Position numbers and translations under genes: made by a program. DNA of 64,000 nt, taken from positions 249,110-313,109 of the forward strand of contig JAJTFA010000002.1 in assembly GCA_021299635.1 (NCBI GenBank), read 5' to 3'. Below are positions 38,513-47,409 of the stretch, in pieces. The first letter of the stretch is position 1. Each line of letters begins with the position of its first letter. Origin of the DNA: Sphingobacteriales bacterium (GTDB taxonomy: Bacteria > Bacteroidota > Bacteroidia > UKL13-3). The notes under the pieces are model-generated. The model searched no databases. It saw nothing but the letters and a program-made list of their open reading frames with translations, and had not been told where the DNA came from.

Positions 38513-39676
38513 TTAGTCTTCCAGATATACTTCTTCTGCAAAAACAGGCGCATTATACTTCTCGAGCACTGCATCTTTTTGCTCTTCAAGATTTACAGCA
38601 TACCTGAGTCCAGCGCCTTTGCCTATAACCTTAACCAGGTTTTGATCAACCAGGGCGGTAAAATCTCTTTGTATGGTTTTTCTGTTGCAGTCAAACTCAC
38701 TCACCAGATCTTTTGTAGAAATAAAGCCTTTATGTTGTATAATATACATGATGAGTTTTTGGCGCTTGTTTAGGATGCTTTCATCTATTTCTCTTAGCCG
38801 ATATCCGCGCTCAAAAACATAGTTCATGATATTTTTCTGACGTGGATTTAATTGTTCAAAATCTATTTGTTTTCTGAAATAGGAACGAAGCAATAATTTA
38901 AGACGGTTTAGTTGTGCTGCATACAAATCAGTGCCAAAGTCAAGCTCTTTTTGTATGCTGTTTACATTTTCCTGCGGAGTTTCTGTGCGATTTTCAATAA
39001 AGAAGTTTTGGTATTCATTCTTATTCAGATACAACTCATGCTCAATACTAATCAATCCCAGCAAATCCATTCCCTTCTTTCTAAGCCAGAAATTTTGAAG
39101 CAGTGATGCTATTTTACTTTTTGCCTCAGAAAAAATACGTGTATTAAGCAATTTGAAATGTAAAATCCAGGATTGAATAATGGGGTGCTGCTCTTCATCC
39201 TGATTCAGGTACTCAAATAGACCTTCCAGTTCAAGCTCAGCTGTAGGACTTAGTTTCTCAGGACTACGCAGGCTGTTTACGGAGAATAGGTTTATATCTT
39301 CACGGTTATTATATAAATCAAGTATCAGCAGTTTTTGAAGCTGATAAAGCATAGATACATGCAAAGGCTGGTCTAATTGTGAATTAAGCCAAGCCTCTGC
39401 TTTCATATATTGTTCCACGCCTCTTTCAGCCAAACCCTTCGGCCTCATTTTACCCTGAACAATATATTTTACTGTTTTTATATCAATGATATTGTGATCT
39501 AGCGCATTGGCGTAATAAGTGCGCAGAATTAGAGAGTTTTGCTGCTCTATCTGCCTGATATGATCAGGCAAATCAATGAAGTCATGTATTTTGATGAGCT
39601 CTTCATGCTGATGAAAACAGTCATAGTGTTTTGCATCAATAGCTATAGCAGGCTCAAACTTATTGATTAATATCAC
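38513..39676 (-). CDS. hypothetical protein with C-terminal winged-HTH DNA-binding domain
   Basis: 387 aa, GTG start. C-terminal ~60 aa (GFISTKDLVSEFDCNRKTIQRDFTALVDQNLVKVIGKGAGLRYAV) is DeoR/Fic-associated wHTH-like. No canonical HPFx(D/E)GNGR Fic motif. Confidence 0.5.
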   Translation of the reverse strand: MILINKFEPAIAIDAKHYDCFHQHEELIKIHDFIDLPDHIRQIEQQNSLILRTYYANALDHNIIDIKTVKYIVQGKMRPKGLAERGVEQYMKAEAWLNSQLDQPLHVSMLYQLQKLLILDLYNNREDINLFSVNSLRSPEKLSPTAELELEGLFEYLNQDEEQHPIIQSWILHFKLLNTRIFSEAKSKIASLLQNFWLRKKGMDLLGLISIEHELYLNKNEYQNFFIENRTETPQENVNSIQKELDFGTDLYAAQLNRLKLLLRSYFRKQIDFEQLNPRQKNIMNYVFERGYRLREIDESILNKRQKLIMYIIQHKGFISTKDLVSEFDCNRKTIQRDFTALVDQNLVKVIGKGAGLRYAVNLEEQKDAVLEKYNAPVFAEEVYLED

Positions 39677-39856
39677 TCATCCAAAAGTACATGCATTATA
39701 TATGCGGTGTAGACTGAGTACCTCTCAAACAGTTGTGGATATTGGTATTTTAGAGATAGGCAAGGTTTAACAATTTCTTAAGATGCCCGAAAACATTAAG
39801 AAACACGGGATTTAAAAAAATAGACACGCCTCTAAAACGGCTGTTAATAATTGTTG

Positions 39857-41392
39857 TTATAAGGTTTCTAGCGTTTGCAGATAATCTTCTGCTTGCTTAA
39901 GTATCTCCTGCTTTTCTGCACTGGCCATTTTGTTCAAGACCTGATACATCATGGATATACGTTGATTGTTGCTTAATAGGTTTCTGTTGCGCTCGTAAAA
40001 GTGCCAGTACAAACTATTAAACGGGCAGGCTTTATCGCCATGTTTTTTCTTTTTATCATAATAACATCCCTTGCAGTAATCGCCCATTTTATCAATGTAA
40101 TTGGCAGATGAAATATAAGGCTTGCTGCCTACTATTCCCCCATCGGCAAACTGACTCATGCCTCGTGTATTGGTAACTTCAACCCATTGCAGCGCATCTA
40201 TATAAATACCCAGATACCATTTGTCCACTTCATCCGGATGGATTCCGGCAAGCAGCGCAAAGTTGCCTGTAACCATTAATCGTTGTATATGATGTGCGTA
40301 GGCATTTTCTAAACTGTTATGTACTGCCTGTTTCACGCAATTCATTTTGGTTTCTCCGTTCCAGAAATAGCCGGGCAATTGGGTTGAGTGGTTAAAGAAA
40401 TTTAGTGTTTCATAGGCCGGCATTTTCCACCAGTAAATACCCCTCATATATTCACGCCAACCAATGATTTGCCTTGCAAATCCTTCTATCTGAGGTAAGC
40501 TGATGTTTTCAGGATTTTTCCTCCACGCCTCAATAGCTGTATGAACTACTTCTGCAGGAGAGAGCATTTTTGTATTAAGTGCAAAAGATAAACGTGAGTG
40601 AAACAAAAATGGCTCCTGAACAGACATGGCATCCTGGTAGGTTCCAAAATAGGGCAAATGATGTGCAACAAAATATTGTAGCAACTGCAGCGATTGTTTG
40701 CGCGAAACCGGCCACAGGAATGCTTCAGGTTGTATACTGCCTATATATTTAATGCCACTGTTTTTTATTTCCGCTGTAACCTCTGATACATCATTTTTTA
40801 CTATATCATATGCAGGTGCAGCGGGTGTGCCAGTCCATTTTTTTCGGTTTTCGGAATCATAGTTCCATTTACCACCAATGGGCTCTGTGCCATCCATCAG
40901 TATACCATATTGTTTTCTGATTTGCCTGTAAAATGTTTCCATCAGAATTTGCTTCTTGCCTTCAAACAAATCTTTTACCTGCATGCGGGTACTCATAAAA
41001 TGTTCGGTATCAAAAGAGCGGTATGGAATGGATAGACTTTCGCAAAATAGCCGGAGTTGTTCATCAATACGCCATTCATCAGGTAACTGGTATTGAAATT
41101 CCTGAATGCGATATTGTTTAATAAGCTGAGATAAATTTTCGGCTAGTATATGTTTATTGGAAGAATCATTGATGGTATAATAAATTACCTGATGACCTGC
41201 TTGTTCCAGCGTTTGGGCAAAGTTGCGCATTGCTGTAAAAAAACCAGCAAGCTTTTGTATGTGATGCGTTACATAATCTGTTTCCTGCCGCATCTCAAAC
41301 AAGCAGTAAATATGTGATTCATTTACCTCTTGAAACCAACTGTGCTGTTCGTTTAACTGATCACCTAAAATTAGCCTAAGCGTTTTAGCCAT
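39857..41392 (-). CDS. FeS-containing bacterial cryptochrome/photolyase (FeS-BCP; PhrB/CryB-like (6-4) photolyase family)
   Basis: 511 aa, MAKTLRLILGDQLN... C-terminal DYCKGCYYDKKKKHGDKACPF gives C-x2-C-x12-C plus an upstream Cys (MNCVKQA), matching the 4-Cys [4Fe-4S] ligand spacing of PhrB. Confidence 0.8.
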   Translation of the reverse strand: MAKTLRLILGDQLNEQHSWFQEVNESHIYCLFEMRQETDYVTHHIQKLAGFFTAMRNFAQTLEQAGHQVIYYTINDSSNKHILAENLSQLIKQYRIQEFQYQLPDEWRIDEQLRLFCESLSIPYRSFDTEHFMSTRMQVKDLFEGKKQILMETFYRQIRKQYGILMDGTEPIGGKWNYDSENRKKWTGTPAAPAYDIVKNDVSEVTAEIKNSGIKYIGSIQPEAFLWPVSRKQSLQLLQYFVAHHLPYFGTYQDAMSVQEPFLFHSRLSFALNTKMLSPAEVVHTAIEAWRKNPENISLPQIEGFARQIIGWREYMRGIYWWKMPAYETLNFFNHSTQLPGYFWNGETKMNCVKQAVHNSLENAYAHHIQRLMVTGNFALLAGIHPDEVDKWYLGIYIDALQWVEVTNTRGMSQFADGGIVGSKPYISSANYIDKMGDYCKGCYYDKKKKHGDKACPFNSLYWHFYERNRNLLSNNQRISMMYQVLNKMASAEKQEILKQAEDYLQTLETL

Positions 41393-41406
41393 ATTTGCTG
41401 CAGGTT

Positions 41407-42018
41407 TTAGGGTTTGGCATAAGGCAGCTCTTCAATTTTAGATAGGCGGTAATATGTTTCCAATCCACCTGCACCAATGCTGCCGCTATTTCCCAGTTGC
41501 AGGATATTGGATTCATTTACTAAATCCTGCTCCAGTATAATTTCTTGCACTTTACCAATCATTAAAATGGTTCCGTTTGCTTTAACAGGAATTTCCTCCT
41601 CTAATGTGAGCCCTATTTTTACGAGGGATTCTTTTACATAGGGAGCTTTGATAGCTGGTGTATATTCCGGTGTAAGCCCTGTTGCTTCAAACTCACTGAT
41701 GGCATAACGGGCAGAGGTTTGATGAGCCTGCCTGTAAATGCCTTCGTGCACATGGTTAATGGTAAAGCAACCCGTTTGTTTAAGATATTCGTAGGTATGA
41801 CGTTCCACACTTACAGGACGCATAATAAATCCCATGAGTGGTGGATTGGCACCGATATGAACAACTGAATTGAAAATAGCCAGATTGGTGATGCCGGCCT
41901 CATTGATGGTACCTATGAGATTGGCTGCGCGGATGCCGGGCAATGAATTGATTAAATTGGTTCTGGGTTGTTTATCCATTCCCAATATATCTGATAAAGT
42001 AATTATGGTTCTACTCAT
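41407..42018 (-). CDS. flavin reductase-like (FMN-binding split-barrel) protein
   Basis: 203 aa with Flavin_Reduct-like domain (..LIGTINEAGITNLAIFNSVVHIGANPPLMGFIMRP..). ATG confirmed at 42016-42018. Confidence 0.65.
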   Translation of the reverse strand: MSRTIITLSDILGMDKQPRTNLINSLPGIRAANLIGTINEAGITNLAIFNSVVHIGANPPLMGFIMRPVSVERHTYEYLKQTGCFTINHVHEGIYRQAHQTSARYAISEFEATGLTPEYTPAIKAPYVKESLVKIGLTLEEEIPVKANGTILMIGKVQEIILEQDLVNESNILQLGNSGSIGAGGLETYYRLSKIEELPYAKP

Positions 42019-42025
42019 GTATGGC

Positions 42026-42712
42026 TTATCTTATGGCTTGCATGCCACCGTCAACTGGTATAATCTGACCGGTAATCCAATTGGCATTTATGAGAAATAG
42101 TGCTGCATCAGCTATATCATCCGGTGTTCCAATTTTTTTCAGCGGGTGTCTTTCTTCTGCAGCCTTAATTTTTGCTTCTGCATTTAATAACTTTTCTGCC
42201 AGCGGTGTTTGTGTAAGCGATGGAGCAATGGCATTCACCCTTATTTTGGGTGCAAACTCTGCAGCAAGGCTTCTGGTTAGGCCTTCAATGGCTCCTTTTG
42301 CTGCACTGATGCTTGCATGGAACGGCATGCCTGTTTGCACGGCAACGGTACTAAATAAAGTAATACTTGGTGCAGTTGCCTGTTGCAGTTGAGGTAAATA
42401 ATGCCGTATGGTTTTTATGGCACCCAATACATTGATGTTCCAGTCGTTTAAAAAATCCTCGTTTTTTATTGAGCGAAAAGGTTTGAGTGAAATGGTACCG
42501 GGGCAGTAAATCAGCGCATCAATGGGTTTATCTATTGATGGGAAATCCGGATTATCTTGTGCTATATCAACCATAAAATGATTTATACCATTTCCTGCGT
42601 TTAGGTTTCCAGAGGTTCTGGAAAGTGCTGTAATTTCATGTGTTACGCTCAGCTTTTTGGCAAGTGCGCCACCAATGCCACTGCTTGCCCCTATCATTAA
42701 TGCATGCTTCAT
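42026..42712 (-). CDS. SDR-family short-chain dehydrogenase/reductase
   Basis: MKHALMIGASSGIGGALAKKL (TGxxxGxG), catalytic Y-x3-K in ...ASISAAKGAIEGL... Start moved to the ATG at 42712. Confidence 0.8.
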   Translation of the reverse strand: MKHALMIGASSGIGGALAKKLSVTHEITALSRTSGNLNAGNGINHFMVDIAQDNPDFPSIDKPIDALIYCPGTISLKPFRSIKNEDFLNDWNINVLGAIKTIRHYLPQLQQATAPSITLFSTVAVQTGMPFHASISAAKGAIEGLTRSLAAEFAPKIRVNAIAPSLTQTPLAEKLLNAEAKIKAAEERHPLKKIGTPDDIADAALFLINANWITGQIIPVDGGMQAIR

Positions 42713-42732
42713 ATACAAGTAACATCCTTTAA

Positions 42733-43872
42733 TTAAAAAGGTTTGCCATGTGTTTTGCCAATGAGCCACTGCGTTACGAAGGGCATGGGCTTAAGTGCAG
42801 AAACAGTTAGGTTGGTTAGCAGTGGGTTGCCAAATAATCCTTGAATAAAACGGCCTGCTTTAAGCCTACCTGCAAATTCTCTGTTCCAAGCTTCAAGGTA
42901 TGCTGCTATCAGTTCTTTTTTACGTTTATTCGGTTGTTTGTATTGCTTTATTAAGCCCGCCAAAATAAAGGACGCATGCATGGCCATGCTCATACCGTTG
43001 CCGCATAGGGGTGTAATAAGTCCTGCTGCATCGCCTGCAAACATTAGGTTGCCTGCATGGCTACTTTTTTTTTCAAAACTTATTTGTGAAATAACCAGCG
43101 GCTTATCATATATAAAACGCGCACGCTTAAAAATCAATTTCAAAAAAGGGTTTTTATGCAGCACCTCTGCTTCCATTTGACTGATGTCTCCATTTCTGTT
43201 TTTAAGTTGGGTTGCAGTGGTGAGGTAGCATAAGCAATAGGTATTGTTTTCAACTTTAGAAATACCGCAATAGCCATTTTCAAAATTATGCAAGGCAATG
43301 CGGTTTTCCGGTTCATCAATTTCAATATGGTATTTTACGCCAATAAAGTCGTTTAGTCTGCGTTGTGTTGGCTGTATAAAAGGGCGATTGAGTTTCACAT
43401 CCAAGTTGGCGCGTTTGCCCCAGGCGCCAAAAACAAGTTTTGTGTTGAAAGCTTCATGCAGTGTTTGCACTTCTGATACATCTGCAGCCTCTCGTATATC
43501 AGTAACTTTGGCATTGCATAAAACAGTTACACCCACCTCAAGAGCTTTTTTATAGAGCAGATGGTCGAGCATATAACGACTGATGCCAAATCCCCCCTGA
43601 TGCAGTGGTTGGGTTAAATAATTGCCTGAAGGTGCCGATACCAGCAATTGGTTAATACGTGGTAACTGCAGCTCACGCAGTGGAACACCAAGGCGCTCCA
43701 GAAATGGCCAGCTCTCCATGCTGATGTACTCACCGCAAACTTTATGAAACGGATAGTTTTCCTTCTCAAACAAAATGGTTTGCAATCCCTGTTGTTGCAG
43801 TTGTATGGCAAGCGTTAACCCGGCAAGTCCACCACCAATAATAGCCGCATCATATGTTGTTTGTGTACTCAT
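42733..43872 (-). CDS. FAD-dependent oxidoreductase/monooxygenase (geranylgeranyl-reductase/halogenase-like fold; SrsC-like position)
   Basis: YDAAIIGGGLAGLTLAIQL (GxGxxG) and GDAAGLITPLCGNGMSMA (GD motif). The ATGA overlap with the upstream methyltransferase stop is at 43869-43872. Confidence 0.75.
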   Translation of the reverse strand: MSTQTTYDAAIIGGGLAGLTLAIQLQQQGLQTILFEKENYPFHKVCGEYISMESWPFLERLGVPLRELQLPRINQLLVSAPSGNYLTQPLHQGGFGISRYMLDHLLYKKALEVGVTVLCNAKVTDIREAADVSEVQTLHEAFNTKLVFGAWGKRANLDVKLNRPFIQPTQRRLNDFIGVKYHIEIDEPENRIALHNFENGYCGISKVENNTYCLCYLTTATQLKNRNGDISQMEAEVLHKNPFLKLIFKRARFIYDKPLVISQISFEKKSSHAGNLMFAGDAAGLITPLCGNGMSMAMHASFILAGLIKQYKQPNKRKKELIAAYLEAWNREFAGRLKAGRFIQGLFGNPLLTNLTVSALKPMPFVTQWLIGKTHGKPF

Positions 43873-44573
43873 TTATTTGCACCGGGTATTAGCACTATCC
43901 ATCTGAAAGCCCATTGCCATGTAAGTGTATATACCGGTATGCGCGCTGCCTTGAGGATTTGCAGCCACTCTTGTTTTTTAAAACCCCGTAATACTGATAA
44001 TGGTGCATCATTTTTAACAAGGTATGAGCGGGAAAATAGGCGTGTTAGCCATGCAATACTATAATAAGCAAAAGGGTGGCGGTGCAGATCATTAATGATA
44101 ACGGCCTGTTTGGCCATTTTAACAGACCATTGGATTAATTCGGAGATTTCTTCGTCAGCCAGGTGGTGACAAAACAAGGCATTTACTACCACATCGGCTT
44201 CAATATTTTCCTGAAGCAGTTTTCTATAATCATTTTTAATCAGGCTTATTTCAGGATATGCAGCGCATGCCTTTATTGCATAATTAATGCAATCTTGCTT
44301 CAGATCTACTCCGGTAAGTTTTACCGATAGTTTTTTTGCACGAGCCCATTTAGCAATTGCTTTTAGTGTATCTCCGCCTCCGCAACCGATATCCAGAATA
44401 TGAACAGTTTTATAGGTTGGCAGAGATAACTGATTGAGTGCAGCAATGGTAGCTGCATGGCCTCCCAAAAGTGTATTGATGATGTCCAGCTCAAGCAGAT
44501 TTCTGTTGAGTGCATCAGCCGGAATATCGGATGCATCCAGCAGTTCTTTTTGTTTGGAGCGTGCGTTAAACAT
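43869..44573 (-). CDS. class I SAM-dependent methyltransferase (SrsB-like position)
   Basis: SAM motif I ILDIGCGGGDTL. First ATG at 44573; the tracked TTG is at 44582. Confidence 0.8.
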   Translation of the reverse strand: MFNARSKQKELLDASDIPADALNRNLLELDIINTLLGGHAATIAALNQLSLPTYKTVHILDIGCGGGDTLKAIAKWARAKKLSVKLTGVDLKQDCINYAIKACAAYPEISLIKNDYRKLLQENIEADVVVNALFCHHLADEEISELIQWSVKMAKQAVIINDLHRHPFAYYSIAWLTRLFSRSYLVKNDAPLSVLRGFKKQEWLQILKAARIPVYTLTWQWAFRWIVLIPGANK

Positions 44574-45654
44574 GTTTTTCAAATAAAAAACTTTCCATGG
44601 TTAAGCCGGGGCCAAAGGCCACACCAAACGTTTTACCTGTTTGATTGGACTGAAGCAGTTTTTTAAGTACAAATAAAATAGTGGCACTGCTCATGTTACC
44701 ATAATTACGCAGCACTTCATAAGAAGCATCCAACGCTTGTTTAGGTAATTTTAGTTGTGATTGAATGACATCCAGGATTTTTCTTCCTCCCGGATGAATA
44801 GCCCACAATTCAATATCATCAAGTGTTAATTTCCCTCTCAGGCATTGATTAAAAAGTGTTTCAATATGCTGCTCAATTAATGAAGGTATATAAGCACTGA
44901 GTGTCATCAGAAATCCTTCAGAAGAAATATGCCATGTCATGTCTTTTTCACCGTTAGGTATGATTTCGCTGTAAAAATCAATCAATTCAAAATAGGGCTC
45001 TTTACAAGCATCTCGGTAAGCATCTCCGGCAATCACACATGCTGCTGCTCCATCGGCAAATATAGCATTGGCTGTAAGGTTATCAGCGCTTGGATTTTTC
45101 TGAAAGTGTAACGTGCACAGTTCAACAGAAACAATCATAACCAATGCATTTTTATTAGCAGTGCAAATGGCATGTGCCTGTTTAAACGCATGTATCATGG
45201 CATAGCAGCCCATGAAATTTACGGAGGTACGATTGATATTGCTGGGCAGGTGCAGACGTTTAACCAACTCAATATCCAAACCGGGAGCTGACATACCCGT
45301 GCAAGACACTGTAATGAGGTGGGTAAATGATTGTTCATTCTCACCTGGTATTGACTTAAGGCAATTGTTAATCGCTGCTTCTGCCAGCGTTGTGGCATGT
45401 TCATGATAACAGGATAATCGGCTTGTTACATCCGGTTGTAATCCATCTTTAAATAGTTCCTTTTTGGGTTGGTTAACATCAAAGTCGGGTATTACGCTGT
45501 ATCGATAGTCAATTCCACTTCGCTCATACATGAGTTTTAAACGCTGCAGATCCGTTACTTCCGGATTGTACTGCGATTTCATGTAAGAAAAAATAACTGA
45601 TTGGCTATGCTTATATTTTGGCATTGCCGTATCTATTGACCAAATGAAACTCAT
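44566..45654 (-). CDS. type III polyketide synthase (chalcone/stilbene-synthase superfamily; alkylresorcinol/alkylpyrone synthase-like)
   Basis: Catalytic triad contexts NFMGCYAM (Cys), AIHPGGRKILD (His), GNMSSATI (Asn), plus C-terminal FGPGLT. ATG at 45654 overlaps the upstream ubiA-like stop (ATGA). Confidence 0.85.
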   Translation of the reverse strand: MSFIWSIDTAMPKYKHSQSVIFSYMKSQYNPEVTDLQRLKLMYERSGIDYRYSVIPDFDVNQPKKELFKDGLQPDVTSRLSCYHEHATTLAEAAINNCLKSIPGENEQSFTHLITVSCTGMSAPGLDIELVKRLHLPSNINRTSVNFMGCYAMIHAFKQAHAICTANKNALVMIVSVELCTLHFQKNPSADNLTANAIFADGAAACVIAGDAYRDACKEPYFELIDFYSEIIPNGEKDMTWHISSEGFLMTLSAYIPSLIEQHIETLFNQCLRGKLTLDDIELWAIHPGGRKILDVIQSQLKLPKQALDASYEVLRNYGNMSSATILFVLKKLLQSNQTGKTFGVAFGPGLTMESFLFEKHV

Positions 45655-46499
45655 TGAATTATATTTGATATGATGAGAGAAAGGAAAAATAAATTTAATA
45701 AAACTGATGCAAGCGCATTCATTCGCATGGTGTGTGTAAAATCTGCATATATTACGTTTTCCCAAACCTTACGTAACCAGTAAAAAAAATAAATCAGAAC
45801 CGGACTCAGTAAACCCTGAAGCAACCAAAACTTCCATAATGATTCCTGAAATCTTATATAAAACAAAATCATGGCACATACAAAGCAAATGGCAGTAAGT
45901 AAAAATGTGCCGCGGTAGCCAAGCATCATACTCATGGTATGCACACCATCTTTTCTATCGGCATCATGCTGATAAATTTGTGTAAGCGGGTATACTCCGG
46001 CTATGAGCAACGAAGAAATGCAAAGTCCGTTTAAGTCGGGAAGGGTATTACCTGCAGAATGACAGGTAAGCATATAAATCCAGGCTCCCTGAAAAATCAC
46101 AACAGTAAGGTAGCCTGCCAGAGCAAATTTCTTTAGCCTAATTCTTTTGTAGCTATATGCACGAGATATAAGGATATACATCAATACAAAAAGGGCACTT
46201 CGTAAACCAAGCAGTAAACTAAGTAAAACAGCCACTGTATCCATTATTGCACTCAGGTAAAATACTTTTTTATCTGCTTTTGGCGGATGCTTTAAGCCAC
46301 CAATGGGTCCTTCATCCTGATCCATAAAACTATTATATGCGTTGCTAGCCGGATACACCAGTAAGTGAAGAATAGTAAAGAGAAGAAGTGCATGGTAACA
46401 TGAAATGGTTTGCAAACCGCTTAATGCGAATAGAAAAACGGGAAGCAAAAAAAATGAAAAAGGTAAACGAAGCAGTTGTAAATTCTTGGCTGATATCAT
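45651..46499 (-). CDS. UbiA-family aromatic prenyltransferase (polytopic membrane)
   Basis: Two Asp-rich motifs, NAYNSFMDQDEGPIGG and YQHDADRKDG. ~8 TM helices. First ATG at 46499; TTG at 46502. Confidence 0.75.
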   Translation of the reverse strand: MISAKNLQLLRLPFSFFLLPVFLFALSGLQTISCYHALLLFTILHLLVYPASNAYNSFMDQDEGPIGGLKHPPKADKKVFYLSAIMDTVAVLLSLLLGLRSALFVLMYILISRAYSYKRIRLKKFALAGYLTVVIFQGAWIYMLTCHSAGNTLPDLNGLCISSLLIAGVYPLTQIYQHDADRKDGVHTMSMMLGYRGTFLLTAICFVCAMILFYIRFQESLWKFWLLQGLLSPVLIYFFYWLRKVWENVIYADFTHTMRMNALASVLLNLFFLSLIISNIIQ

Positions 46500-46689
46500 C
46501 AAGGGAAAATACGGTTTATTCTTAATGTTTGCTTAAAAAAATAATATTAAGAGAAATTAAAGAAGTCTGTAATGCCTGATTTTAAACGCTTTTTAAGATT
46601 TTTATAATCTGATTACATATCATCAAGAGTCTATGGCAAAGAAAGCATGTAGGATTTCATAACTTTGAAAAAGCTAATTATTAAAGCTT

Positions 46690-47409
46690 ATGCAAAAGGA
46701 ACAATCACCTCATTTGCTTTTGGTTGAAGATGAAGTTACGTTGGGTTATTTTTTAAAAGAACGACTTAAACTAAGTGGTTATAGCATTAATCTTTGCCGT
46801 GATGGCGAAGAGGGTTGGAATACATTTAGAACAGGAAAATTTGATTTGTGTATTCTGGATGTAAACATGCCTAAAAAGAGTGGCTATGAATTGGCAAAAG
46901 ATATCAGAGGTATTAATCCGTTTGTTCCGATTATTTTTTTAACAGCCAATTCTGCTGAGGAAGATCGTTTAAAAGGATTTGAACTCGGGGCAGACGAGTA
47001 TATTGTTAAACCTTTCAGCACAGATGAACTTGTGGCGCGTATCAAAGCAATACTCAGAAGATCTCAGTATGCACCCCCAGTAATAAACCCTAAGGAGGAA
47101 ATAAAAAAAATAGGAAATCTGGAAGTAGATTTTATTAATCATTGCATTAAAATTAATGGTGGTGAGAAAAGAATGAGCACAACAGAGGCCGAGTTGTTTA
47201 AACTTTTCGTTGATCATAAAAATAATTTACTAACACGCAATTCTATTTTAATCAATGTTTGGGGGCGTGATGATTACTATACCGCACGCAATCTGGATGT
47301 ATACATTAATAAGTTGCGAAAAATATTAAAGGAAGATCCTTTGCTTGAAATAGTGAATATTCACGGTGCAGGGTTTAAACTTGTAGAAAATATTGCCAAC
47401 CAGACGTGA
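46690..47409 (+). CDS. two-component response regulator, OmpR/PhoB-type winged helix
   Basis: Receiver domain (LLVEDEVTLG..., ...CILDVNMPKKSG...) plus a trans_reg_C-like C-terminus. Confidence 0.85.
   Translation: MQKEQSPHLLLVEDEVTLGYFLKERLKLSGYSINLCRDGEEGWNTFRTGKFDLCILDVNMPKKSGYELAKDIRGINPFVPIIFLTANSAEEDRLKGFELGADEYIVKPFSTDELVARIKAILRRSQYAPPVINPKEEIKKIGNLEVDFINHCIKINGGEKRMSTTEAELFKLFVDHKNNLLTRNSILINVWGRDDYYTARNLDVYINKLRKILKEDPLLEIVNIHGAGFKLVENIANQT

Noticed and set aside
38513-39676. Calling the wHTH protein a Fic/Doc AMPylase
   Set aside because: No HPFx(D/E)GNGR motif is present, so only a degenerate resemblance is noted.
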